From: a bacterium | GTDB taxonomy: Bacteria; Patescibacteriota; Gracilibacteria; BD1-5; UBA6164 | Assembly: GCA_041642635.1 (NCBI GenBank) | Contig: JBEPWB010000001.1 | Span: forward strand, 1 to 49,198 | Length of the DNA stretch: 49,198 nt | Reading direction: 5' to 3' | Shown here: positions 9,987-22,792 of the stretch, one piece after another | How the letters are laid out: each line of letters opens with the position of its first letter | Numbering within the stretch: the stretch's first letter is position 1 | Program-made: the position numbers and the translations under genes | The notes under the pieces: generated by a model | What the model was told of the DNA's origin: nothing | What the model saw: the letters and a program-made list of their open reading frames with translations, nothing else | Databases searched by the model: none

Positions 9987-11171
9987 TTATTTTGAAGTTT
10001 TTTCAGTTTTTTCTTCTTTAACTTCTTTTTCAGCTTTTGGTTCTTTTGCTTCTTTAGCTTTTTCTTCTTTAACTTCAGCATCTTTTGGCGCTTCTTGTAA
10101 AGCTTTTAAAGATAAACCAATTCTTTTCTTTTCTGGTTCAAAGTTAATAATTTTAGCAGTAACTTCTTCACCAACTTTAACATGATCTCTAATATCTTTA
10201 ACTACTCCGTGAGAAATTTCAGATAAATGCACTAATCATTGAATTCCACCTTCTAAATCCATAAATGCACCGAATTTTGAAATTCTTGAAATAGGAGCAG
10301 TAATTGAATCATTTAATTTGTATTTTTTTGCAAGAACATCCCATGGATTTTCTTTTAATCTCTTTATAGATAAAGAAATTTTTTCACTTTCAAGTCCTAT
10401 AACTTTTACTTTTACTGTCATTCAAACTTTAGCAAATTTTGAAGGATCTGTAACGTGTCCCCAATCAATTTCAGAAACGTGAACTAAACCTTCTAATCCG
10501 TCAAAAGTAACGAATAAACCGTATGATAATATACCTGAAACAGTACCTTCAACAACATCTCCTTCTTTTAGGTTAGTTAAAGCTTTTTCTCTGTTTTCTT
10601 CTATTGCAGCTTTTTCAGAAAAGATAATTTTTTTACCAGCTTCATCTACATTTATAACTCTAACTTTAAATGGTTCACCAACTAAAGCGTCTAAGTGAGC
10701 AAGAATTTTTTCAGGATCAGCTCATTCAACTCTAGGATAATGAATTGGAGTTAATTGAGAAACAGGGATAAAACCTTTTAAACCATCAATATCTACTAAT
10801 AAACCTCATTTATTAGCTTCAGTTGGTCTAACAGTAATAATTTCACTGTTTTCGTTATATTTTGTAAGATTAGATAAATTTTTGATTTGGTTAGCTCTTT
10901 TTAGAGATAAGATTAATAAACCTCTTTCTACTGAGTCACCTAAAACCATAACATCAATTGATTGTCCAGCTGCTAAATCATTCAAGTCAATAGTATTACC
11001 TACTTCTTTTGAAACAACTAAACCAGTAAATTGATTATTAACATTTACTAAAATATTTTTCTTTTCTATTTTTACAATAGTACCAGATATAATTTCTCCT
11101 TGTTTTGGGTATTTAATTTCAGGAGATTCTGCGAACAACTCTTCAAACAGAGTTAAATCATTTTTTGCCAT
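9987..11171 (-). CDS. rpsA: 30S ribosomal protein S1 (about four S1 domains, K/E-rich tail), 394 aa
   Basis: Three track ORFs plus the 10422-10805 segment are in one frame. Repeated S1-fold motifs (G.v..i...g..v.l). Confidence 0.88.
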
Positions 11172-11333
11172 ATGTTAAGCAAGTTAAATAATAAAATAAT
11201 AACTATCTAAAACAGATAGTTTAATTTAAAAAAAATAGATTTTCAAACTAAAAATCTATGGAGTAAAAAGCAAGTTAGGACTTAAAACTTTCTACTTAAA
11301 GACTTTTAACAGAGGTTGTTTTTTGTATAAAAA

Positions 11334-11411
11334 TGGGGTGCCCGATGGGACTTGAACCCACGACCCTCGGAATCACAACCCGATGTTCTAACCAACTAAA
11401 CTACGGGCACC
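11334..11411 (-). tRNA. trnH: tRNA-His (anticodon GTG) with G-1 and encoded CCA
   Basis: G-1 plus acceptor GTGCCCG/CGGGCAC, anticodon loop TTGTGAT, T-loop TTCAAGT. Confidence 0.9.
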
Positions 11412-11524
11412 ACAAAATACTTTTACAAAAAAGCACCGTGATTATATTGCAAAACAAGCATTTGTCAAAATTATTTTATGCTTTTTTAAAGCATAAAATA
11501 CAAAAAGTATAATTTTAAAAAAAA

Positions 11525-12655
11525 CTATACTTTTTCTTTTATTTTAACAAGCATTTTATCAAAAAAATCTCTAGTATCAAAACTATATTGAGTAATGCAT
11601 AAATCAGTTTTTAATAATCTTGGTCAAACTCTTCAAGAAAATAAAATATCATAATAATTTTTGTGATGCTTTAGCAAAACATTAACTCTCTTATATCATT
11701 TTGTATAAATCAAATCTTTTAAAAAAAATTGATCCGATTTAAACGAGCTAAAACGATAAAAACGATAATAATAGTGCAAAGACTTTTCTCTTGTAAATCA
11801 TTTTACTTTCAAAATCTTGTATATTTTATCTTGTTTTTGAGTTCTTGTAAGATTTTTATTTAATAGTACTTCAAAACAAGCATCATAATAAGGATTATAT
11901 TTTATTTCTGGCAAAAGTTTTCTTCAATAATAATATTCATTATATAAAGCAAATCATTCTTCTAGTTTCATATAATCAGAAAAACCATGAGTTGTTCCAT
12001 AATTTTTTATATTATTATACCTTCTGAAAAAATGAGTCATTTCGTGAAAGAATAATGTTACCAATTCCCTACTAGTGTAAGTTTTTTTTGTAGGAATAAC
12101 TAGGGTTCAAGCAGAATGAGACATAAAAGCATAAGAACCAAATTTATATTTCAATCAAGGAACTATCGTTTTAGAATATTCTAATAATTCTACTAATTCA
12201 TTTTTTGAAATTTCGTTGTAAGTTTGATTATCAGGTTCTATTATAATATTTTTTCAAATATCATTTTTACTTACTCAAAAAAAAGCTCTATTATAATAAT
12301 CATAATCCAGACCTGGATAAGATATTTTGTATTTTGGGTCTAATTTATTTGCTTCAAAATCATAAACATTTTTCAAAAAATCTATTTTTTTATAAATAAA
12401 ATCTATTTCTCAAATAAGTATTTTGTATTCATCAGAAGAAAAATTATCAATATTTTTTTTGATTTTATTATTTATTTTTTCTAACTTTAATTTTTGATTG
12501 TATAACTTTCACAAATAAATATACCTATAATCTCTTAAGTTTGGAATTTTTCCATATCAAAAAAATATAGGATTTTGAATAACATTAGATTTTTTTAGTG
12601 GTTTAATTAAATGAACATTGTTTTTTGAAATTTCTTTCAATATTTGAACAAACAT
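11525..12655 (-). CDS. MATCAP/DUF1704-like putative zinc metallo(carboxy)peptidase, paralog A, 376 aa
   Basis: HEMTH at 12032-12046, followed about 30 aa later by EEGFALYNE (a QEGLA-type motif whose Gly is a TGA codon). Confidence 0.55.
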
Positions 12656-12695
12656 AAGATTTTAATAATAATAAATTTATATTAACTTATTATAC

Positions 12696-12727
12696 AAAAA
12701 AAATAGTAGAAATCTACTATTTTTTTA
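12696..12727 (-). terminator. Terminator of lepA (overlaps its TAG stop)
   Basis: AAAAAAAATAGTAG-aaat-CTACTATTTTTTTT hairpin. Confidence 0.7.
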
Positions 12728-14603
12728 ACAAATTCACAAACGCTTCACTTGGAAGACTAACTTTTCAGAATTGTTTCATTTTTTTCTTACCTTTTTTTTG
12801 TTTTTCTAAAAGTTTTTTCTTTCTAGTAATATCTCAACCATAAAGTTTTGCAGTTACATCTTTTCTCATAGCACTAAGAGTTTCTCTAGCTACTACTTTT
12901 GATCAGACTGCTGCTTGGATTTTTATAGAAAAAAGTGCTCTTGGAATTGTTTCTCTAAGTTTTGCACAAAGTTTTCATCAGATATAACTAGCTTGATCAG
13001 CATGAGTAATAAAAGCAAGAGCTTCTACTTTTTCATCAGCAATCAAAATATCTAGTTTTACCATATTATCTTCATTAAACTTTACAAACTCATAATTCAT
13101 AGAAGCATATCAACTAGATAAAGATTTTACTTCATCGTAAAAATCTCAAATAAGCTCATTCATTGGTAATTCATAAACAAGCATTACTCTAGAAGTATCA
13201 ATAAATTGTTGATTTAAAAATTTTCATCTTCTTTCTTGAGATAATTGCATTAATGGTCAAACAAAATCACTTGGAGTAATTATTTCTACTTTTGCGATTG
13301 GTTCTTCAATTGTTAAATATTTTTCTCTATCTGGCAAATCTTCTGGATTTGAAATATGAATATAAGTATATTTTTTTTGATCAACTCAAATAAAAACTTC
13401 TGGAGCAAATCTGTTATATTCAGAGCTTTTATCTCAATACATTTTTATTTTGTAAGTAACTTGAGGTGACGTCATTATAACGTCCATATCAAACTCCCTA
13501 AAAAGTCTTTCTTTTACAATATCTAAATGCAAAAGTCACAAAAATCCACATCTATATCAATGCCCTAGAGCTTGTGAAACACTTGATTCTATACTCAGAG
13601 CTGAATCATTTAAAAGCAATTTTTCCATTGCATCTTTTAGCTGAGGATATTCAGCACTATCCATTGGATAAATTCAAGCATAAATAAATGGTTTTGCTTC
13701 GCTAAATCACTCTATTGCAACAGCATCTTCTGATTTATCTTTTGGTCATTCTCTATTTTCTGGTTTCCACAAAGTATCTCAAACTTTTGCGTTATCTAAA
13801 TTCTTTAAACCAGTTACAACGTATCAAACTGAACCGTTTTCAATCTTTTTTTCACTAACATAAGTTGGAGAAAAATATCAAACATCTAGTGCGTCTATTT
13901 TTTTATTTGAATGCAAAAAAGTCAGAGAATCTCATTTTTTTATTTCTCACTTAAATACTTTTACATAACTCACAACTCATCTATATGGATCATATTGACT
14001 ATCAAAAACAAGCGCTTTTAGTTCATCTTTTTCTACATTTCAAGTTCATTCAAAAACTTTTGGTCAACTAATTCTAGTTATTACTTCATCAAGAATTGTT
14101 TCTACATTTTCTCATGTTTTAGCAGAAACTGGAATTATTTCAGATTTATCACAACCAAGCAAGTTCATAATTTCTTCACTTACTTTTTCAACATCAGATG
14201 CTGGTAAGTCTATTTTGTTAATTATAGGAATGATATCAAGATCATTTTCAATAGCCATATAAACATTACTCAAAGTTTGAGCTTCTATTCATTGAGTTGC
14301 ATCAACTATCAATAAAGCTCATTCCACAGAAGCCAAACTTCTAGAAACTTCGTATTGAAAATCCACGTGTCCTGGAGTATCAATAATATTCATTTCATAT
14401 CATTTCCAATTCATCCTAACTGGTTGCAATTTTATCGTAATTCATCTTTCTTGCTCTAAATCCATTGTATCAAGCATTTGACCGTGCTTCATTCATCTCT
14501 TGTCAATTGTTCAAGTTATTTCAAGCAATCTATCAGCAAGAGTAGATTTTCCATGATCAATATGTGCTATAATACAAAAATTTCTAATATTTTCTAAATG
14601 CAT
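12717..14603 (-). CDS. lepA: Translation elongation factor 4 (LepA), 628 aa
   Basis: [36 protein letters not shown], with LepA-specific C-terminal [24 protein letters not shown]. Confidence 0.93.
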
Positions 14604-14754
14604 ATAATTTCTAAATTTTATTAAAATTAATTTTGCACATATTCTATAAATAAAAAACAAAAAGTAAAGATGATTCAAAAATAGCGTATTTTTTGACACT
14701 ATAATTAAATATGCTAAAATTAAGAAATAATAATTAGTTAATTTTAGCTTTAGA

Positions 14755-16581
14755 ATGGTTAAGGGCTACGAAGAAATAAACGACAGAAAAATAAGGGATG
14801 TTATAAAAAATATAACTTCTCTTGTTTTTGATAAAAAAAATTGGTTTCAAAAAGAAATGTGGAAAATAGCTGAAGTAACCTACTCTTATACTACAATCAA
14901 CCCAAAAACAAACAACAAACTAAAAATAAATAATAAAATAATTAATATCAACACGACACTTTTTATAAGCCTTGGTGAACTAGATTTAGATTTATTTGAG
15001 AATAAAAATGATGAAGAAAAAATAAAATATCTAGAAAAAACAAGTAAAAAAATACAAAAAAAATTAGAGAAGAAAATAAATCAAATAATAAATTCTATAA
15101 AAGAAATAAAATTTTATAAAAAAAATTTAAAAAAAATTAAACCATCTCAACAACAAAGACTTAAAATATTAAAAAATTCTCTAGAAGAAAAAATTGATCT
15201 AATAAACTACTGAATAAATTGATTAGATTTTGAATTAGAAAAAGCAACTAACAAAACAGTTCTAACAAAAAAAGAAGAAAAAAATATTAATAAAAAACAA
15301 AAAAAACTGGATAAAAAATTATTTTGAGGAGAAATAAGAAAAAACAAAGCCGAAGTAGAAATGTGCCTTAACTATATAATTGAAGCGCTAGAAAAAAATA
15401 AAAATAATCTAACTAACCCTGAATACTTAAAATTATTAAAAATAATTGCTAAAGCAAAAAAATTTACTTACAAAAATTACAAGTACAAAAAACAAGACAA
15501 ACCAAAAAATATTTTAAATAATCTAGAAAAATATACTATTTCTAGAGAAGATTATATTCTAGGATTCAACCTTTTTATAGAAGCATTTTCAAAAATGCAA
15601 TTCAACGTTGAGACAAATCCTTTTGCAAAAAGTATTTCTGACTGACCAAGAGGTTTTCAGATACCTACAACTAAAAAATTTGATATTTTTACTTTGCCAA
15701 GATTTTTGCTTTTGAATTCGCATGAAAACGAAACTCATAATATTTCAGAACATAATTCTAAAAAAATAATTTGAAAGATTAGATGAAAAAGTTCAACTGA
15801 AAAAGATGAATGAGTAGCTATTTTGATGGAGAATATGATAAAATACTGAAATCAAATTTTTAAAAAAGATAAAAAATCATGAAAAATAATTTTTGATACA
15901 AAAAAATTACAATTTAATAGTAATTTTTTAAAAATATTTTTTTGAGAAATTATGAATTCTAAAGATTTTTTTGAATTTTTAGAATTATTAGAAAAAATAG
16001 ATCCAGATAATCTAACACCAAAAGACAGATTTGACAGGATAAAAAGAAGTAACAAAAATTTTGTGCAACACAAAGATACAACTTATACTAGATGAATGTT
16101 TTTTGCCGCAAATGAGGTAAATAAATATATTTTAACAAATGGTAAAAAATGAATAAATTTTTATGATTTATTTATTTGAAAAGTAGGGTTTGAAGACATT
16201 GAAAAATTAAAAAAAATCTCAAAAGAAGAAAATATAAAAATATTAAAACCAATGTTTTTATCAGATATAATTTATTTTTCTATCAAAAATAGACTTACTT
16301 GAGAACAAAAAATTAATAATCAAGATGTAGAAAAATTTATAAAATCAAAATACCCGATTATTGATTTATCAGAAAATATAATAAATAATATTTCTAAGAA
16401 AAAAATAAAAAATATAGAATGAATAACAAGTCTAGTTCTAAAAAATATCTTTGCTCAAGAAAAAAGCGAAACAATAATAGAAGTAAGATCTAGAGTGGAC
16501 AATTTAATGTTTGAAAAAAATATATTAATAGCAAAAAATAATCTCAGTCCCTTAAGAAAAAAAGCATTAATAAAAAAATAA
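14755..16581 (+). CDS. MATCAP/DUF1704-like protein, paralog B, with long K-rich N-terminal region, 608 aa
   Basis: HENETH (HEXXXH) at 15721-15738, followed by EKDEGVAILMEN (QEGLA-type). Track ORFs 14755.. and 15361.. are in the same frame. Confidence 0.5.
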
Positions 16582-16606
16582 ACCAAAGTTTTAAAAACTT
16601 TGGTTT
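16580..16606. terminator. Bidirectional terminator
   Basis: AAACCAAAGTTT-taa-AAACTTTGGTTT. Confidence 0.7.
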
Positions 16607-16610
16607 ATTT

Positions 16611-17957
16611 TTATCTATTTAAGTAATCTCTAAATTTTGAAAAAATATTTTTCTTTTTTAATTCATGATTTTCATCAAATTCATCAATAAGAAGTATTTC
16701 TTTATATTTATTTTTTATATATTTGAAATCTTTTGATATCTCTTCATAATCTTTATGTCACAACTTAATCGCTCAAACTTTAACAAATCAATCTTTTGTT
16801 AATCAAACTTCTTTTCATAAGAATCAGTCGTATTTTTCTATATGATAAACTGATTTTCTCTGACTTATTTTTTCTAATAATTCTTCATTATATGCTCTAA
16901 GCATTCATCTTTTATGAGCATAAATATTTACAACAATATTACTTTCTTTTAGTTTTCAGATTTTTATTTCTGGATTACATATCATTTCATACATATTGAA
17001 ATCATACGCTCTTTTTAATAGTTCTAATCTTCATCCCCCTATTCTACCGTTTAATTCAATAGTTTTTAATTCTCATTTTGTATTAATTTTGAATTCGTGG
17101 TGAACAAAAGTATTTTTTATTCCAGTTGCTTTAATTGTAGAGTTTACAAAAGTTTTCAATCTTTTTCATTTGAATTCTTCTTCAGTTTTTTCAGAAGAAA
17201 TTCTAGCAATGTTACAATAATCGTTAACTTTTACATCTATTCAAAGTCTAACTTTAACTGGTTTTGAAATAGTTGTTTCTCAATTTTCATTTACATAATA
17301 ATCAATAGAATAAAGAGTTCAATCAATAAATTCTTCAACTATCAAGTCTTTATTATCTACTCATCTAGATTTTAATCTATCGTGAAAATCTTGATAATCT
17401 TTTATATATTTGCTGTAATCAGATTTATTTCTAATTTTTGCAACTCATGAACTTTGAACTCAGTCAATTGGCTTTATTATAAATGGATATCAAATATGTT
17501 TTTCAATTTCTTCCAATTCAAGAGCTTCTGGAGTTCATTTCATAAATTTTATTCAAAGATCAGGATTGTGATCTTGAATTAATTCTCTTTGTAAAAATTT
17601 ATTTCTAAAAATATCAGGTCTTTCTGACATTGGTCTTCAAAGCGCTTCTTTTACTTCATTAACAGTATTTATCAAAAGTTCTATTGCAGTAGTAACAAAA
17701 ATAACTTCATAATCCTCTGAAAATTTTAAAACTTGTTTTTTTAGATCTTCTTTATTTTGGTAATTATAAACAAAAATACCAAATTTTTCTAATTTTGTAA
17801 TCAAATCAGCGTATTCGATCGGTTCTCACTTATAAAAAATTACATTTTTTACACCGTATTTTTCTGAAACTTCTTCTATAGCATCAATATCACAAGAAAA
17901 AACATCACTCTTCATCCTAGACTTAGTCATTATATGGACTATAGCTTTTTTATCCAT
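16611..17957 (-). CDS. ATP-grasp domain protein (L-amino-acid-ligase/carboxylate-amine ligase-like), 448 aa
   Basis: IGYPFIIKPIDGVQSSGV, LIVEEFIDGTLYSIDYY, HHEFKI....TIELNGRIGGG. Confidence 0.75.
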
Positions 17958-18085
17958 TTGGGATCAGATTAGTTTATAAATAAGAAAGAATAAATTCTAT
18001 TTTTTTATATTATTTTTTAACAAATTCACTCTCTGGAAACAGGATTATAAAAAAAAATTATTATTCATCAAGTTTTTATAGTTAA

Positions 18086-18901
18086 TTAATTGTTAATTTT
18101 TTCAAATAATACGCACCAAGTAGAGATACTTAGGTCTTCTCATCTGATAGAATTTTCTATTGATAATTCTTCAAAACAATCTAAAACTAACTTTTTATCA
18201 TATCATCAATTCATCAAATTTCTAAGTAATTTTTTTCTTGGTTCTCTAAATCACTTTTTTATGAATTCCAAAAATAAATTATCTGAAATATTTTCAAAAT
18301 CATTATGAGTTTCAAAAAGTAAAACACTAGATTCTATTTTTGGAGGTGGGATAAAATTCTCTTTTCATACAAATATTTTTTCTGAAACATGACATTTTTT
18401 TTGTACAAAGAGACTGATTACAGAAGATTTATTTTTATTTTTTCAAAGTATTTTATCTCCCACATCTTTTTGCATCAAAATAACCATTGACTCTGGTTTA
18501 TTTTCAATATCGTACAAAAAATGTCTTAAAATAGGAGACGTTATATAGTACGGAATATTTGCAATAACAAAATAATTTTTAAATTCTGGTTCATATTTTA
18601 AAATATCGATATTAGTAATTGAAAAATCAATTCAATTTATATCAAAATCTTTATTCTCAATTCTGTTATTCAAAATATCAATCATATCGTTATCTAGCTC
18701 AACTAGATTTAGCGTTTTTGGTTTTTTTTGAATTAACTCCTCTGTCAAAGCTCAATATCAAGGTCAAACTTCTACAATATTTTTTCAGGATATTTCCAAA
18801 ATATTTGATATTTGCTGAACTATATATGAATTAACCAAAAAATTTTGTCAAAGTGATTTTTTGGCTCTAATTCAATATCTTTTTAATATTTCTATACTCA
18901 C
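18086..18901 (-). CDS. rsmA: 16S rRNA (adenine1518/1519-N6)-dimethyltransferase, 271 aa
   Basis: GTG start. LGQNFL, EVGPGYGALTE, ANIPYYITSPIL. Confidence 0.88.
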
Positions 18902-19028
18902 TAAATTATTTTAAATATTATTTTTGTAGCTTATTATAAATAAAAAATATTTTTTTACAATTTTTATATTTAATTGAAAATTAAAAAAAATATATATAAT
19001 CCCAACTAATAAAAAATAAAAAATTATT

Positions 19029-21896
19029 ATGAAAAAATTAAAGTATTTAATATTTATAACATCATTCATTATACTTAGCTTTTTGTTAACTGCAAATAAT
19101 TCTTACGCTGATATTGTATCAAATTATCCTACTATATCTGAAACAATTAATGAATGAAACTCAAACTGGATTGATATTACAAATGTAGTATGAAATGATA
19201 CAAACAACTTTGCCCAAGTAAATATGTCAAACAATCCTGATAATTCTAATACATTAATTGTTAAATGATTTAATTTTAAATCGTTTAACATACCAGTATG
19301 AGCAACTATTAACTGAATAAAAGTAGATATAGAATGGAACTGAAGCAACGATAGAATTACTGATTCTGTTATACAATTAACAAAAAATGGTAAAGATCCA
19401 TATTGAAATAATCTAGCAAAATCAAGTTTTCAAATAACAAAAAATATATCAACTTATTGATCAGAAAATAATCTATGGTGAACAACATGGAGCGATACAG
19501 AAATAAAATCAGATAATTTTTGAGTATTAATAAAATACAATAAGGAAAAATGATGAACAAGAGATGCAAAAATATATAGAGTAAAAATAACTATTGATTT
19601 TACTAATCCAGAAATAGAAAGTCCACTTAATTTTAATATTATAAATGAAAATTATTGAAATAATTGATTTTGTTATGACTTTGAAGCAATAAACAATTCA
19701 ACTCAAGATATTACTGACTGGGAAATATGATTTAATATAAATTGAGCAAATATAATTAGTAATTATTGATGAAATTTTACTAATCTTTGATGATGAGAAT
19801 ATTCAATATCGTCTTCTTGAAATATAGACACATTTCCTGTATGAAAAAAATATACATTTTGATTATGTGCTGACAGCCAAGTTTGATACATATCAAATTT
19901 GACAACAAAAAATTACAAAAATGTATGACCATTAATGCCACAAGAATACAATTTAGAAAATAATTGATTGAATGTAAATATAACTAATGAGTCTAGCACA
20001 TCTTGAAGTTTTTGTAGAGAAATAGAACTAGTAAATAATTGAAATAAGACAATTAACTGATGGATATTAGATTTTGAATTAGACCAAAATTTATCTTCAA
20101 ACTATTGATGAAATTTTTCTAAAAATTCTATAACACACACAATAACTCCATTATCAAATAATAAAATAATTAATCCTGGTGAAACTTACACTCTATGATT
20201 TTGTAGTGAATGAACAAATTTAGACAATAATTGGTCGATAGAAACTTTAACATGAATACCAGGTTTTTGTTGAAAATATTATGAATGAACGCCAGAAAAT
20301 CCATTTGATATAATGAATTCGAAATTTTCAAGAGCAGATTTTGAAATAAATTTTGACTGGTGAACACTTAGCCCATCAGAAGAATTACCAAATGATAATT
20401 TTACAGCAAAATGGGAATGAAAATTTCAAGCAAATGAATCATGAGAATATAATTTTCGTACTAAATCAGATGACTGAATAAGATTATACATAAATAATAA
20501 TATTGTAATTGACCAATGGTTAAATCAGACACAAACAGAAGCAACTTGAAACATAAATCTAGATAAATGAAAAATATATAACATTAGAGTGGAATATTAT
20601 GAAAATTCTGGAACAGCTATGGCAGAATTAGAATGGAAAGAACCTGGTAATGAAGTATTTAGTAGATTAGATTGAAATAGTATATTTCACTGAGCTTGTC
20701 AATGAGGAGTAAGCACTTGATTAGAAACTATTTTCAATTGATGAAATTGACAAGCTGGTAATATGTTTGATATTGAGATATTAAATAATGATCTTATAAT
20801 AGATGCTTTATCTATAAATACTAATACTCAAAGTTCTACTCTTCGTGTATATTATAAACAGTGAAGTTATAGTTGATTTGAAAATTCTTCTGCGTGATGG
20901 ACTCTTTTATGAGATTTTCCATTTTCATGAGCTTGAGAATGAAATCCTACATATGTAGAAATAAATCCACTAACTCTAAATAAAAATACAAATTATTCAT
21001 TTTATGTTACTGAAGTATGAACAAAATGAATTTTATATACACAATGAACTATTGAATGAAACATATTTACTCAAGATAATTTTATAATTTTCAGAGAATG
21101 ATTATGAAATAGTTTTGAATTTAAAAACAATTTTTCTCCCCGTATATGGAATGGTATAATTCATTATACTGCAATAATTGACAAAACTCCACCAGCTATT
21201 GAGTACCAAAATATAAAAAATAATGATTTATTGCCAAATTGAGACAAACAAATTATAATAGATTATTTTGATAACTCTTGATTAGATTTATCTACAATAA
21301 ATTCATCACTTTCAAAATGGAATTGAAGCGATTGGTGAACAAATATATTAAATAATCACCAAATTAATTTTAGTAATGAAGCTAATCAATCAATATACAA
21401 TTTGTCACCACTTGGATATGGTAAATATAAATTTAATTTTAATATTGATGATAATTTTTGAAACTCTAATTCAAAAGATTTGATATTTTATATAGATGAA
21501 CCAAAATTCATCATATCTGATTCAAAAATAAATATATGAAATATAAGTAGTAATAATAAAAATAATTTTAGTTCAGATTTGTTATTAGTAGTACAAACTG
21601 TTTGAGCTGGATTTGATATACAAATGAATAAAGACTGAGAACTAAGTTATTCTGGATATGATATAACAGACTGGAATTGAGATAATTGATTTTGATATGA
21701 TTGAGAACCAATGACAAATACAATAAAAAAAATAAATAATAATCAACTAATAACATCTAATACAAAAAATATAAATACTAATTGAGAAAAAAACACTTAC
21801 ATTTATACTATAAAATTTTGAGCTAATATACCCGAGAATGTAGCGGCATGAAAATATTCTTGACTTATAGATTTTAAAATAATGTTTAATTATTAA
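19029..21896 (+). CDS. Large secreted multidomain surface protein (signal peptide, two CBM2-like beta-sandwich repeats, PA14 domain), 955 aa
   Basis: Translated codon by codon with no in-frame TAA/TAG. About 79 in-frame TGA versus about a dozen GGN (hand count). PA14 signature FTAKWEGKFQANESGEYNFRTKSDDGIRLYINN...YYENSGTAMAELEWKEPG at about 20394-20650. Two GFC...W...F...fGfC repeats at about 19650-20230. Confidence 0.75.
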
Positions 21897-21900
21897 ACAA

Positions 21901-21936
21901 AAAAAATACAGTTTTAATTAAAAAACTGTATTTTTT
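21901..21936 (+). terminator. Rho-independent terminator
   Basis: AAAAAATACAGTTTT-aatta-AAAACTGTATTTTTT. Confidence 0.7.
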
Positions 21937-22037
21937 TTGACATTTTGAAAATACATATGATAGAATACAACCGCAATTGAAAAGTTGAAGTAAAATTTCA
22001 CAAAAAATTTATTTATATTATATTTTAATGTCATACT

Positions 22038-22700
22038 ATGATAAAAACAAAAATAAAAAAAGCTTTTGCTGTTGCTTGAATTACAGCTATTGCAATGACA
22101 AATTTTGGTAACGCATTTGCAGCAACTAACATAGGTACTGCTGGTGTAGAATGAGATACTTCTTTTGAAACTAATGTTGTATGGGATGATAATTTTCCTG
22201 GTACTGCTACTTGAAGTGTAAATTGAATTGAAGTAAATGCAACTGTCTTACCTACTCTGAATATGAATATTTCAGCTTCAGAAATTAACCTTGGTAATTT
22301 GATTCCATGAGTACCTGCAACATGAAACATAGGAATCGAAGTTGGGACTAATGCTGCAAATGGTGTTACAATAACTGCTAGATCAAATAGTGGAGGTTTA
22401 GTGAATGCAAGCGATCCTTCTATAATAATTAATGATCTAAACAATAGTAGCTATACTTTTAAATCTGTTGCAAACGCTATTGATTCTACAATATCTTGAT
22501 TTGAAACAACTGGTGACTTAATAGAAACAGAAGTAAACAATAACACTACTGAACATTTAATTTATGAAACCAACAAACCTGAAAGACTTGATGAAGTTAA
22601 TGCTGATTTAGATTTTACTGTAACTACAGAAGTAGATGCAGAAATGATGGCATGAAACTACAAAGATTTAATAACATTTACAGTCACAGGTAATTTCTAA
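22038..22700 (+). CDS. Small secreted protein (220 aa), candidate WxL-like/CscB-like surface protein
   Basis: Signal peptide MIKTKIKKAFAVAGITAIAMTNFGNAFA. C-terminal motif AGNYKDLITFTVTGNF. The 137 aa minus-strand track ORF 22031..22444 is its antisense shadow. Confidence 0.65.
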
Positions 22701-22703
22701 CAC

Positions 22704-22737
22704 AAAAAATACTATTCTAAACATAGTATTTTTTTTT
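22704..22737 (+). terminator. Rho-independent terminator
   Basis: AAAAAATACTAT-tctaaac-ATAGTATTTTTT plus a T-run. Confidence 0.65.
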
Positions 22738-22792
22738 GATTTTCAAGTTTTTTTTTATAATATCTATCTGAATAAAAATAATTAAATAAAAA

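Noticed and set aside
22031-22444. 137 aa minus-strand ORF from the track (MFRSLIIIEGSLAF...), the longest uninterrupted standard-code ORF in this region.
   Set aside because: It is the antisense shadow of the plus-strand secreted-protein gene 22038..22700, which has a start, signal peptide, terminator and sensible composition under code 25. The minus ORF has no RBS, start context or recognisable features.
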